Position numbers and translations under genes: made by a program. Shown in pieces: positions 1-10,556 of a DNA stretch of 64,000 bases. Source of the stretch: Microcoleus sp. Lineage in GTDB: Bacteria; Cyanobacteriota; Cyanobacteriia; Cyanobacteriales; Microcoleaceae. The stretch spans positions 241,797 through 305,796 of the forward strand of contig JAYFMW010000007.1 of the NCBI GenBank assembly GCA_042408215.1, read 5' to 3'. The notes under the pieces are model-generated. The model ran no database searches and was not told the DNA's origin. It saw only the letters and a program-made list of their open reading frames with translations. Position 1 is the stretch's first letter; every line of letters starts with the position of its first letter.

Positions 1-935
1 AAATTTTGACACGCAAGGCCTTTGAAAATGCGATCGCCGTCATCATGGCAGTCGGCGGTTCAACCAATGCTGTGCTGCATTTATTAGCCATTTCCAATGC
101 GATCGGTGTTGAACTTGAGCTCGACGATTTTGAAACGATTAGAGCCAAAGTCCCAGTGCTATGCGACCTCAAACCCAGCGGTAAATATGTAGCAACAGAT
201 TTGCACAAAGCCGGCGGCATTCCGCAAGTGATGAAAATGCTGCTAGAACAAGGTTTGCTCCACGGAGATGCGCTGACAATTACCGGAAAAACAGTGGCTG
301 AAGTGTTGGCAAATATTCCTGCGGAACCTCGCACCGACCAAGATGTAATTCGCCCTTGGAACAACCCGCTTTACCCTCAAGGACATTTAGCAATTCTGAG
401 GGGAAATCTGGCAACAGAAGGAGCAGTGGCTAAAATTACTGGCGTTAAAAAACCGATAATTACCGGGCCAGCGCGAGTATTTGAATCAGAAGAAAATTGT
501 TTAGATGCAATTTTGGCCGGAAAAATTCAAGCGGGAGATGTGATTGTGATCCGCTACGAAGGGCCAAAAGGCGGGCCGGGAATGCGCGAAATGTTAGCTC
601 CAACTTCAGCAATTATTGGCGCAGGTTTGGGTGATTCTGTGGGCTTAATTACTGACGGCCGCTTCTCTGGCGGAACTTACGGAATGGTTGTCGGTCACGT
701 TGCACCAGAAGCACAAGTTGGCGGCACAATTGCTCTGGTAAAAGAAGGCGATTCGATTACTATTGATGCTCAAAATCGCTTGTTGCAGCTCAATGTTTCT
801 GAGGTCGAATTGGAGCAGCGCAGGGCAAGTTGGCAACCACCTCAACCTCGCTATACTAGGGGAGTTTTGGCTAAATACGCTAAGTTGGTTTCTTCTAGCA
901 GTATTGGTGCTGTTACTGATTTGGGTTTGGGTTAA
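1..935 (+). CDS. ilvD: Dihydroxy-acid dehydratase, C-terminal part (5' end outside window)
   Basis: Motifs [25 protein letters not shown] and [10 protein letters not shown]; frame is open to the window edge. Confidence 0.95.
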   Translation, partial: ILTRKAFENAIAVIMAVGGSTNAVLHLLAISNAIGVELELDDFETIRAKVPVLCDLKPSGKYVATDLHKAGGIPQVMKMLLEQGLLHGDALTITGKTVAEVLANIPAEPRTDQDVIRPWNNPLYPQGHLAILRGNLATEGAVAKITGVKKPIITGPARVFESEENCLDAILAGKIQAGDVIVIRYEGPKGGPGMREMLAPTSAIIGAGLGDSVGLITDGRFSGGTYGMVVGHVAPEAQVGGTIALVKEGDSITIDAQNRLLQLNVSEVELEQRRASWQPPQPRYTRGVLAKYAKLVSSSSIGAVTDLGLG

Positions 936-1104
936 AAAAATTCCAATCCGTTGGCATCGGAATGATTCATCTCTCCCTGCTCTAACTCTGCGCTCTCTGC
1001 GCCCTCTGCGGTTTAATCATTCCGATACAACCGGAATTGATCTTACGTTTAATTAAGTTGATCTACTTAGAAGATTCCGAATCAACCAGAAACAACAAGA
1101 AAAC

Positions 1105-1203
1105 TTTTTAACCGCAGAGGTCGGCAGATAAACACAGATGAACGCAGATCAAATTCCATCAGCGTTCATCTGTGTCCATCCGCTGAGATCTGCGGTTAAA
1201 AAA
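1105..1203. repeat. Imperfect inverted repeat (REP-like hairpin) between convergent genes
   Basis: ttttaaccgcaga...cacagatgaacgc / gcgttcatctgtg...tctgcggttaaaa; a related half copy lies at ~19769-19812. Confidence 0.6.
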
Positions 1204-1210
1204 ACCAAAA

Positions 1211-1741
1211 TTAACTGCGCTGATTTAAAAAGCGACTAGCCAGCGAAATTGTGTCTGTAATATCTACATCCCCATCTCCATCTGCATCTAAAAACGCATT
1301 CAAAACTGAATTTCCACCTTGGTTAGGATTTTGGGTATTGCTACCAGTTTGCAGCAAATTCAGCACGATCGGCACTAAAACCGGTATCATCGCTTGCACT
1401 GTCGCATTATTCAAGCCGGTTCTTGCAGCTATATCTTGCACTATTTGCGCCAGTTGGCCACTCCCGAACAAACTCTGAACGGCTTGCGGATTGGGATTTG
1501 TGCCGCTAAATTGGTTGACAACTTGTTGCACTTGTGCATCCCCTGACTCCGATCGCACGTCTTGCAAGGCCGATCGCACGTAGGAGCCCAAAACCGACAT
1601 CGCTAACTGAGTCGTGCCCGCATCAACGCCCTGATTGCCGCTCAACTGCTCTACCGCACCCAGAATTGAGCCCAACTGATTGGGACTTGCTTGTTGGCTG
1701 GGATTGTCGATCGCGCTTAAAATTTGGTCAAATAGTCCCAT
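1211..1741 (-). CDS. DUF937-like cyanobacterial protein
   Basis: MGLFDQILSAIDNP start and C-terminal FLDADGDGDVD motif are typical of this family. Confidence 0.75.
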   Translation of the reverse strand: MGLFDQILSAIDNPSQQASPNQLGSILGAVEQLSGNQGVDAGTTQLAMSVLGSYVRSALQDVRSESGDAQVQQVVNQFSGTNPNPQAVQSLFGSGQLAQIVQDIAARTGLNNATVQAMIPVLVPIVLNLLQTGSNTQNPNQGGNSVLNAFLDADGDGDVDITDTISLASRFLNQRS

Positions 1742-1829
1742 AATTTTCGCTCCGTACTGTGATTACTCAACTATAGAAAATAAAATGTAAAAATCAAAGC
1801 ATCAAGCCTTTCATTTGCCACTCTCGCTC

Positions 1830-3459
1830 ATGTCTTTGCCGCGTCTGTTAACCTTAATTGCTGCTTTTTGCCTCACCCTGGGGCTGATTATTGGGCTGGT
1901 GAGTTCCTTAACTGGACTTTACACTCAAGTTGCGCTCGTCTGCGTCTCCGCTGCTGGCTAATTTGCTGATCTTGGCGGTAATTGTACTTTTGGGCACGCT
2001 AATTTTTGCGCTTTTCTATTATTTAAGGCTGCTGCAAAGCCCTCAAAAAGTTAAGGGAAAACGAGTCTTAAAGCCCAAGATTCCAGTTGTGAAAACTGAG
2101 GCGGCTTCGGAAAATTTGAAAGCAATTAGACAACAAGTCGATCGCATTCAAGATGAAGTCGCGCGGCAAGCTTTGCTGTTGAGAGCACGGGAAATAGAAG
2201 CTAGTATGGCTCGCGGTAGCATTCGGATAGTTGTTTTCGGTACCGGTTCTGCGGGTAAAACTTCTGCTGTAAATTCGCTGGTGGGGCGGATGGCGGGACA
2301 GGTAGGCGCCCCTATGGGAACTACTGAAGTCGGAGAAACTTATACTCTCAAATTGAAAGGAATTGAGCGAGAATTGGCAATTACTGATACACCGGGAATT
2401 TTGGAGGCGGGAATAGCGGGAACTTACAGAGAGGAATTGGCGAGACAGTTGGCGGCGCAGGCAGATTTGATCTTATTTGTTTTGGATGGCGATTTGCGAA
2501 AATCTGAGTACGAACCGCTGCGAACTTTGGCGGAAATTGGCAAAAGGTCGATCGTAGTTTTTAATAAAGTTGACCTTTATCCAGACAGCGACAGAGATGC
2601 AATTCTCACTAGACTCCGGGAACGAGTTAAGGGTTTTGTCTCAGCAATGGATGTGGTAGCCATTAGCGCCAATCCCCAAAAAGTTGTGCTAGAAGATGGG
2701 ACGATTTTTCAGCCAGACCCGGATATTATGCCATTAATTCGGCGCGTGGCTGCGATTTTGCGAGCCGAAGGAGAAGACTTAATTGCTGATAATATTTTGC
2801 TCCAATCTCAGCGCCTCGGAGAGCAAGCTCGCAAGTTAATTGACGTTCAAAGGCGCAGGCAAGCTGATAAAGTAGTAGAGCGATTTCAGTGGCTCGGTGC
2901 TGGCGTAATTGCGGTAACGCCTTTACCCGTTGTAGATTTACTAGCGACAGCAGCAGTTAACGCTCAAATGGTAGTAGAAATTGCTAAAATTTACGGCTGC
3001 GAATTAACAATCGATCGCGCTAAAGAATTAGCATTTTCTCTCGCCAAAACCCTAGCCAGTTTGGGAATAGTTGAAGGTGTAATTCAAGTAGTATCAAGGG
3101 CGCTTCAGTTAAGCGTAGCTGGGTTTTTACTTGGTAAGGCAATTCAAGCAGTCAGCGCCGCTTATTTAACCAGAATTGCAGGTAAAAGTTTTATTGAATA
3201 TTTTCGCCATGACCAAGATTGGGGCGATGGCGGTATCGCAGAAGTCGTGCAAAGACAGTTTCAATTAAATCGGAAAGACGAGTTTGTTAAAGCATTTGTC
3301 AAAGATGCGATCGCCCGCGTCGTCGAACCTCTGAATATTTATCAGCAGGCACCGGAACCGGAATTAGAAATGGTAGCAGAAATAGAATCAGAACCCTTAT
3401 ACCATCAGCAAGACGACGATTGGGAAACTCACAGCAACCAGCGAAACGATGATTGGTAA
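1830..3459 (+). CDS. Membrane-anchored GTP-binding protein (YcjF/DUF697-like); apparent +1 frameshift near 1938
   Basis: G1 GTGSAGKTS, G3 DTPG, G4 NKVD. ATG at 1830 encodes a hydrophobic N-terminus (MSLPRLLTLIAAFCLTLGLII...) in a different frame from the 1930-3459 ORF. Confidence 0.8.
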
Positions 3460-3480
3460 TTGGGCGAAGCGAAGCTCCGG

Positions 3481-3520
3481 GATGGGGCATGGGGCATGGG
3501 GCATGGGGCATGGGGCATCG
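3481..3520. repeat. STRR heptamer tandem repeat (GGGCATG)n
   Basis: Seen directly. Confidence 0.85.
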
Positions 3521-3870
3521 GGAATTGTCACAATTTTAGATTTAAGATTTTAGATGGATTAGTAATTTTCATCGAAAATCGCAAATCGGACATCGAAAAT
3601 CGGATGGGGAATTTGCCATAATTTCTGGCAGCCCGATTTAAACCTTCGATCAACATGGTTTGCACTAAAGAAACGGGTACCATCGTTCAATGAGATGCTC
3701 CCTGAGTCTGGTTTCTTGAATTTTGTTAAGAAACTTTACAATAATTGTACATTTTGAGCGGTTACTGAGGGGCTCAGGTAAAACTATCCTCAGAGCGATC
3801 GGATCGAACAGAATTTTGATAAGATTTAAAGTCTACAACAAAATTTGGTATTGTCCGGCGAGGTAAAATA

Positions 3871-4800
3871 ATGAGCTATCGTCCAATTATTCTCGGTATT
3901 GTCGGAGACAGCGCAGCGGGCAAAACAACCCTAACACGGGGAATTGCACAAGTATTGGGCCCAGAAAATGTCACCATCATTTGTACAGATGACTATCACC
4001 GCTACGACAGAACGCAGCGGGCTGAAATAGGGATCACAGCACTGCATCCCGACTGCAATTACCTCGACATCATGCAGCAGCACCTCAGCCTGCTACGCAC
4101 CGGACAAGCTATTCTCAAACCCATCTACAATCACACCACGGGTACATTCGACCCGCCGGAATACATCAAGCCCAGCAAATTTGTCATAGTTGAGGGTTTG
4201 CTGGGTTACGCCACTCGCACAATCCGCGATTCTTACGACGTAAAAGTGTATCTCGCTCCCCCAGAAGAGCTACGAACTCAGTGGAAAGTTAAGCGCGATA
4301 CTATGAAGCGCGGTTATACCGAAGAACAGGTGCTGGCGGAAATGTCCAAGCGGGAACCAGATTCGGAAGAATTTATTCGCCCCCAACGCAAGTTTGCAGA
4401 TGTTGTAGTTAGTTTTTACCCGCCAGAAGAGGACAAAGAATTAAATTTGAGCGTCCGTTTAGTGCTGAGACCGACAATTCCTCACCCGAATTTTACTGAG
4501 ATTTTAGACCAAGGGAGCGAGAATTTTCAACCGGCAATTCGCTTGGGACTCGATCGGGATATGGGCAAACCGGTTGACGTTTTGGAAGTAGACTCTCACG
4601 CTACTAGCGAACAAGTAAACGAACTGGAAATGATTTTGTGCAGCGAACTGCCCCACCTGCGAGGCTTTTGCTCTACCCAAGGCAATCCTGAAATTGGCAA
4701 ACTGATTGGCACCACTGGCGAAGTTTTGCAAAGTTACCCGCTAGCTTTGACCCAATTGCTAGTTGCCTACCACATGATGAAAGCAATACACATTTATTAG
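3871..4800 (+). CDS. Phosphoribulokinase family protein (paralogue-type PRK/uridine kinase family)
   Basis: Walker A GDSAAGKTT, DDYHRYDR, WKVKRD; the P-loop differs from canonical cyanobacterial GDSGCGKST. Confidence 0.85.
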   Translation: MSYRPIILGIVGDSAAGKTTLTRGIAQVLGPENVTIICTDDYHRYDRTQRAEIGITALHPDCNYLDIMQQHLSLLRTGQAILKPIYNHTTGTFDPPEYIKPSKFVIVEGLLGYATRTIRDSYDVKVYLAPPEELRTQWKVKRDTMKRGYTEEQVLAEMSKREPDSEEFIRPQRKFADVVVSFYPPEEDKELNLSVRLVLRPTIPHPNFTEILDQGSENFQPAIRLGLDRDMGKPVDVLEVDSHATSEQVNELEMILCSELPHLRGFCSTQGNPEIGKLIGTTGEVLQSYPLALTQLLVAYHMMKAIHIY

Positions 4801-5022
4801 TTTAGTTAGTGGTTAGTGGTTAGTTGTTAGTGGTTAGTTGTTAGTTGTTAGTTTTTGGTTGTTGGTTGTTGGTTTTTAGTTATCAGTTCCAATTACCAAT
4901 TACCATTACTAATTACCAATAACCAATAACCAATAACCAATAACCAATGACTAATGACTAATGACTAATGACTAATGACTAATGACTAATGACTAATGAC
5001 TAATGACTAATGACTAATGACT
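4801..5022. repeat. STRR heptamer array (TTAGTGG/TTAGTTG, then CCAATTA/CCAATAA/CTAATGA)
   Basis: Seen directly; left and right halves are in opposite orientation, and the right end supplies the last codons and stop of the 5007-5534 ORF. Confidence 0.9.
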
Positions 5023-5534
5023 TGAGAATCTGCAATTTTCCAGATGCCATCCCAATACTCTAAGGTATAGCGAACTAGCTTAGTATTAAAACTGCTACTA
5101 TCGACTTTGCCATTTCGGTAAAGGGTGGCGTCTTCGGTGATTCTGACTTCAAGAGTGGCTTTGTTTCCAGATGCTGCAAAGCGTTCGACGGATTCAACTT
5201 TTTGGACACCGTATCGGTACTGAGAATTACTGTTTGTCAAATAGTCGATCGCCTTGACGGTATCGCTATACAAAATACCTGTAGTCATTCTAGCCAGCAA
5301 TTGGCGATCGAACGGAGGAGCAAATATTCTCTGCTTAGCATCCAGCCACCGGCTAATTAAATCCGAAGCTTGTCCGAGAGTAATATTCTGACCTTGACTG
5401 ATATAATTTTCGCAGTAAGTTGTTGCTGGTCGTTGTCCGGCGCAAGTAATATTTTCCGCTGTCGCCGGCGCCGCCAACCACAAAGGAGTTAAGATGGCGA
5501 CTAGGATTATCGGTTTCATATCTAAAACCCTCAA
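5007..5534 (-). CDS. Secreted ARC6/PARC6 IMS-like (DUF4101) domain protein; start probably ~5519
   Basis: Signal peptide, WLDAKQRIFAPPF, VRYTLEYWDGIWKIADS. Confidence 0.75.
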   Translation of the reverse strand: MRVLDMKPIILVAILTPLWLAAPATAENITCAGQRPATTYCENYISQGQNITLGQASDLISRWLDAKQRIFAPPFDRQLLARMTTGILYSDTVKAIDYLTNSNSQYRYGVQKVESVERFAASGNKATLEVRITEDATLYRNGKVDSSSFNTKLVRYTLEYWDGIWKIADSQVISH

Positions 5535-5673
5535 TCATCATAAATTGACTTGATTTAGCCAAGTTCTAGGTGATAATTATGAGGAGATCATCTCAAACTA
5601 TCGTGAGTTCTTCAGAAATTTTATCTACATCATTTAGTGGCGGAATTTCGGAATTTTAATTGTATAGTTTTTG

Positions 5674-5880
5674 TCACAATTGAGGATAAATCCTCGGTGC
5701 CAAGCTCGTCAGATTAGCAAGGCCCAATAGCTGAATCGGCTGCGAGACTGGCAACTGACTTTGAGGTGCGGGCAGCATTTCGCCTCGGAAATCTAGGAGG
5801 GTGACGAGCAGCAGGTAGGCAACTGCTAAAATTAGAGAAATCACGCCAGCGATCATCGCAATAATTTTTGAACTATCCAT
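5674..5880 (-). CDS. Small membrane protein (conserved cyanobacterial hypothetical)
   Basis: One TM helix followed by LLDFRGEMLPAP. Confidence 0.7.
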   Translation of the reverse strand: MDSSKIIAMIAGVISLILAVAYLLLVTLLDFRGEMLPAPQSQLPVSQPIQLLGLANLTSLAPRIYPQL

Positions 5881-5949
5881 ATTTAGAAAGATTGAAGTAT
5901 AGCTAAACTTAGCTTAACATTAATTAGAATCAGACTTGAATCTATTTCT

Positions 5950-6939
5950 TTGACCAAAATGGAACCTCTTATAGATACATCAATCACCACCGCAAGCTCT
6001 GGATCTGCCCCAGTAGTGGAAATATTCAATCTGGGGAAGTTCTATCGTACCGGCTTCTGGATGAACCAAAAAATTGAATCGCTCAAAAGTTGCACTCTGA
6101 CAGTCTCTCAGGGGGAAACTTTCGGGCTTTTAGGACAAAATGGAGCCGGGAAAACTACGCTGCTGAAAACGTTGCTGGGTATAGTCAAGCCGACTTCGGG
6201 CCGGGCACTGCTGTTAGGGAGGCCTTTGGGCGATCGCACTGTGAAGCAGCGAGTTGGCTATCTGCCAGAAAATCCCTACTTTTACGACTATCTCACGGGC
6301 TGGGAATTCTTGCAATTTGTGGCGGGGCTGTTTCAAATTCCAGCCTCAGTTCAGCGACAGCGAATTCCGCATTTGCTAGACTTAGTTGGGCTCAGTCAAT
6401 CGACGGCTGTCAAACAACATTTGCGCCAGTATTCTAAGGGTATGCTGCAACGAATTGGCATGGCTCAAGCTTTGATTAATAATCCAGAAGTGGTGTTTTT
6501 AGATGAGCCGATGTCGGGTTTAGATCCGATGGGACGCTATCAGATGCGGGAGATAATTTTATCGCTAAAAAGTCAAGGAAAAACTATTTTTTTCAATTCC
6601 CACATACTCTCAGATGTCGAGAAAATTTGCGATCGCGTGGGAATTTTAGCCAAAGGTGAATTAATTTGCATTGGTGCGATCGAGCAACTCCTAGGAAATA
6701 CAGAAACTTACCACGTTCAAGGTAAGGGCGGCCACCTGAACATCCTGCAAAAATGGATCCCAGATCTGGAAGTTGATAATGACTTGTGGTACGGTCACTT
6801 AGAGGGCGATCCTCAAGATTTTTTTGCTAAAGTCAGCCTCACGGGAGGGCAGCTAATTAGCATGAATTTAGCAAAGCCTACTCTGGAAGAGTTTTTTATG
6901 CAGCAACTCGAAGAAAGAGGTATTTATTCGAGCAGTTAA
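5950..6939 (+). CDS. ABC transporter ATP-binding protein (start probably 5959)
   Basis: Walker A GQNGAGKTT, signature YSKGM, Walker B VFLDEP, H-loop SH. Confidence 0.93.
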   Translation: MTKMEPLIDTSITTASSGSAPVVEIFNLGKFYRTGFWMNQKIESLKSCTLTVSQGETFGLLGQNGAGKTTLLKTLLGIVKPTSGRALLLGRPLGDRTVKQRVGYLPENPYFYDYLTGWEFLQFVAGLFQIPASVQRQRIPHLLDLVGLSQSTAVKQHLRQYSKGMLQRIGMAQALINNPEVVFLDEPMSGLDPMGRYQMREIILSLKSQGKTIFFNSHILSDVEKICDRVGILAKGELICIGAIEQLLGNTETYHVQGKGGHLNILQKWIPDLEVDNDLWYGHLEGDPQDFFAKVSLTGGQLISMNLAKPTLEEFFMQQLEERGIYSSS

Positions 6940-7064
6940 AAGGGGACTTTAAATACTCCTGTCCCCCCCTGATTAAGGGTAGTTAGGGGGGAGCTTACAT
7001 ACAGACAAGAAATATGTTATGCTAAACAAAGACACATTTTTGGTTGAGCGGTAAAAAAAGATCA

Positions 7065-7224
7065 ATTTCTCAGACAAAACTTCCCTAACCCTTTCCCTAA
7101 ACAAACGCACAGCCGCCCTTTGTCCGATCGCCTTACTTGGCTCTATCAAAGCGGGAATTTCGGCGATCGGCAAAAACGGAAAAGCCAAACTGTTCTCTCT
7201 CAGATCGTAATTCCCCTCTACCAA
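7065..7224 (-). pseudogene. C-terminal fragment of a Uma2-family endonuclease
   Basis: LVEGNYDLRENSLAFPFLPIAEIPALIE..GQRAAVRLFRERVREVL resembles cyanobacterial Uma2 C-termini; cut off at the 48-bp repeat. Confidence 0.65.
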
Positions 7225-7269
7225 TAGACATCTCCCAAAAAGAAATAGTTGACCGATCGCTATTAAGTT
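7222..7269 (+). repeat. 48-bp direct repeat, left copy (island boundary; resembles an IS terminal repeat)
   Basis: caatagacatctcccaaaaagaaatagttgaccgatcgctattaagtt is identical to 19463-19510. Confidence 0.9.
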
Positions 7270-7611
7270 CTAATGGAATTATAGTTGACTTTTCCTTCTT
7301 GACAGATGGGGATAATTGTGATTTATTAGATACAGCGAAAGCCGAGAGTCACGGCAAACGCATTGCAGATTCGTGGAATGATCCTATGGTAGGGGCGGTG
7401 GGTTTGGCTTGGTGAGCCAGCCCCCTGCCCCCACGCGCGGGGCTTTTGGAGCAACCACTTCTGGATTGCCCCTACAATATCATCCATTAATTGTGCAACG
7501 CCCAAACGCATACTCCTTTGGATGATTTCTTAACAAGAATTGATGGTTTTTAAATTTCGCCAGAGGTTATGAAAAAAACAAAAGTAGATAAAATTACTCA
7601 TCTAACTAGAA

Positions 7612-9801
7612 ATGGAAACCCAAATAAATTACTGGAAACAGCAATTACAAGAAGTTCCCGAATTATTACAATTACCCACAGATAGAACTCGCCCCAGCAT
7701 ACAAACCTATACAGGTAAAACACAAAGATTTACCTTAAATCAAGAATTAACCCAGAAATTACAAAAACTCTCCACCGAGTCTGGGACTACTTTATTTATA
7801 ACCACATTAGCGGCTTTCGCTACTTTACTATACCGTTACAGTGGGCAGTCAGACATTTTAATAGGTTCACCAGTAGCAAATTCTCAATACGAAGAAATAG
7901 AGTTATTTATTAATACATTAGTCTTAAGAAGTAATTTGGCAGATAATCCTAGTTTCTTAAACTTACTCAATCAGGTTAAAGAAACCACACTAAAAGCATA
8001 TAAAAATCAAGATATACCCTTTGAAAAGGTAGTGGAAGCATTACCAATTGAAGGATCTTTAAGTCATTCACCTATTTTCCAGGTGATGTTTGTCTTGGAG
8101 AATACCTCGATGAGTGAACTGGAATTACTAAGAAAAACTGGGAGTGAATCTAATCAAGATAACACAACGACTAAGTTAGATTTAACTGTCTCCATGACTG
8201 AAAATATCCAAGGTTTAGAGGGAGAATGGGAATATAATGCAGATTTATGGGATCGGTCAACTATTGAGCGGATGGTTACTCATTTTGAGAACTTATTATC
8301 AGCCATTGTTGCCGCTCCTGATCTGACTGTTAATGAATTACCCTTATTGAGCGAAACCGAACGCGATCAATTATTAGTAGAGTGGAATAATACCGAAACA
8401 GAATATCCTCAAGATAAATGTATTCATCAATTATTTGAAGAACAGGTAAAACTCACACCCAATGCCATAGCTGTAATATTTGAAGAACAACAATTAACCT
8501 ATTTAGAATTAAATCAAAAAGCCAATCAAGTCGCACATCATCTCCAAAGCTTAGGAGTAAAACCTGAATCATTAGTAGGTATTTGTGTAGAACGCTCCCT
8601 AGAGATGATAGTAGGATTATTAGGGATATTAAAAGCAGGAGGTGGTTATGTGCCCCTTGACCCAAATTATCCATCCGAAAGGTTGAGTTATATGTTGACG
8701 AATTCAAAGGTTGATGTGTTATTAACTCAACAGGAATTATTGTCATCTTTACCGTCATCTACTGCCAATCTAGTTTGTTTGGATAGAGATTGGACAACAA
8801 TTGAACAATATAGTCAGTCTAATCTTGAGACGGGGGTAGGTTCACAGAATTTAGCTTATGTAATTTATACTTCCGGTTCTACTGGACAGCCTAAAGGAGT
8901 GTCCATGAATCATCGTCCCCTTGTCAATCTTATACTTTGGCAAGTAAAACAATCATCTGCTAAATATGGCACAAAAACAGGGCAATTTACACCAATAAGT
9001 TTTGATGTGTCTTTTCAAGAAATCTTTGCTACTTTGTGTTCAGGTGGAATATTAGTTTTAATCAGAGAAGAAATACGCAGAGATGGGACAGCATTATTAA
9101 AAATGCTCACAGAAGAAGCCATCGAAAGACTATTTCTTCCCTTTGTTGCGCTAGAACAGTTAGCCCAGAGTGCGACAAATACTCAATTTCTCCCTCAAAA
9201 TCTTCAGGAATTAATTACGGCTGGAGAACAATTAAAAATTACTCCGACACTAATAGAATTTTTCAATAAACTTCCTAATTGTCAACTAGAAAATCAATAC
9301 GGACCCACAGAAAGTCATGTAGTCACAGCATTTTCTTTAAAAGGTTCTGCCAATATTTGGCCATCACTGCCACCCATAGGAAAGCCAATAGCCAACGCGA
9401 AAATATACATCCTAGATAAACAATTTCAACCAGTACCCATAGGAGTATCCGGTGAACTTTACATCGGAGGAGATGCAGTAGCTAGAGGTTATCTTAATCG
9501 CCCAGAATTAACCACTGAAAGATTCATTTCTAATCCTTTTGGTGGCGATCGCGAAGCGCTGATGCAAGCAGATCGCCTTTATAAAACAGGAGATTTAGCC
9601 CGCTATTTACCAGATGGTAATATAGAATATTTAGGACGAATAGATAATCAAGTCAAAATTAGAGGTTTCCGCATCGAACTAGGGGAAATAGAAGCAGTTA
9701 TTAACAACCATCCTCAAGTTCAACAGGCTGTAGTTATAGCCAGAGAAGATATTCCCGGAAACAAACGCTTAGTCGCTTATGTAGTTCCCAAACTCAAATA
9801 A
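7612..9801 (+). CDS. NRPS part 1: C-terminal half of a C domain plus adenylation domain (Pro-type code); probably continuous with the next two ORFs
   Basis: YVIYTSGSTGQPKG, FDVS, NQYGPTE, YKTGDL; no HHxxxDG; reading ends inside the A domain just before the embedded MT. Confidence 0.9.
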   Translation: METQINYWKQQLQEVPELLQLPTDRTRPSIQTYTGKTQRFTLNQELTQKLQKLSTESGTTLFITTLAAFATLLYRYSGQSDILIGSPVANSQYEEIELFINTLVLRSNLADNPSFLNLLNQVKETTLKAYKNQDIPFEKVVEALPIEGSLSHSPIFQVMFVLENTSMSELELLRKTGSESNQDNTTTKLDLTVSMTENIQGLEGEWEYNADLWDRSTIERMVTHFENLLSAIVAAPDLTVNELPLLSETERDQLLVEWNNTETEYPQDKCIHQLFEEQVKLTPNAIAVIFEEQQLTYLELNQKANQVAHHLQSLGVKPESLVGICVERSLEMIVGLLGILKAGGGYVPLDPNYPSERLSYMLTNSKVDVLLTQQELLSSLPSSTANLVCLDRDWTTIEQYSQSNLETGVGSQNLAYVIYTSGSTGQPKGVSMNHRPLVNLILWQVKQSSAKYGTKTGQFTPISFDVSFQEIFATLCSGGILVLIREEIRRDGTALLKMLTEEAIERLFLPFVALEQLAQSATNTQFLPQNLQELITAGEQLKITPTLIEFFNKLPNCQLENQYGPTESHVVTAFSLKGSANIWPSLPPIGKPIANAKIYILDKQFQPVPIGVSGELYIGGDAVARGYLNRPELTTERFISNPFGGDREALMQADRLYKTGDLARYLPDGNIEYLGRIDNQVKIRGFRIELGEIEAVINNHPQVQQAVVIAREDIPGNKRLVAYVVPKLK

Positions 9802-9827
9802 TAGTTTTACCTCAGATCAAGAACTCG

Positions 9828-10556
9828 ATGCTAGCACAAGTGGCACAGTGGCAGCAAATCTGGAATACAAACTATAGCCAAACCGCATCGGACTTTGATC
9901 CTACCTTCAATACTATAGGTTGGCGAGATAGTTATACAGGTCAAGCTATTCCTAAACAAGAAATGCGTCAATGGCTGGATACTACAGTAGAACGTATTCT
10001 TACCTGGAAACCAGACCGAGTTTTGGACATTGGTTGTGGAACGGGAATGCTTTTGTTTCAAATTGCGCCCAAGTGTTCTTATTATCTGGGGACTGATTTT
10101 TCTTCTCAGGTTTTGTCTTATGTAGAACAACAGTTAGAAAAGTTAGACGGAAATTGGTCACAAGTTTCTCTTTCCCAGAGAACAGCAGATAATTTTGAAG
10201 GCATTGAACCTGCTTCATTTGATACTGTAATTATCAATTCCGTAATCGAATTATTTCCTAGCATCAATTACTTAAGTGATGTTTTAAAAAAAGCGATCCA
10301 TGCGGTTAAAAAAGAAGGGATTATTTTTATAGGAGATATCCGTAATTTCTCTTTACTAGAAGCTTTCTATGCTAAACTTGAATTAGATAAAGCTTCAGAT
10401 TTGCTATCAACAAAAGAGTTACAGCCGTACATTTTTGATAGCATGGGTAAGGCGGATCAATTATTGCTAAGTCCAGATTTTTTCATAGCACTAAAGCAAC
10501 ATTTTCCTTCCATCAGTCATGTGCAAATTCAACTCAAGCGCGATCGTCTACCATAA
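9828..10556 (+). CDS. NRPS part 2: embedded SAM-dependent (N-)methyltransferase domain
   Basis: GWRDSYTG, VLDIGCGTG, NSVIELFP, FIGDIR; frameshifts at both ends. Confidence 0.85.
   Translation: MLAQVAQWQQIWNTNYSQTASDFDPTFNTIGWRDSYTGQAIPKQEMRQWLDTTVERILTWKPDRVLDIGCGTGMLLFQIAPKCSYYLGTDFSSQVLSYVEQQLEKLDGNWSQVSLSQRTADNFEGIEPASFDTVIINSVIELFPSINYLSDVLKKAIHAVKKEGIIFIGDIRNFSLLEAFYAKLELDKASDLLSTKELQPYIFDSMGKADQLLLSPDFFIALKQHFPSISHVQIQLKRDRLP

Noticed and set aside
7137..7415. 92-aa ORF sharing a peptide with 19348-19542
   Set aside because: The shared peptide is just the translated 48-bp direct repeat
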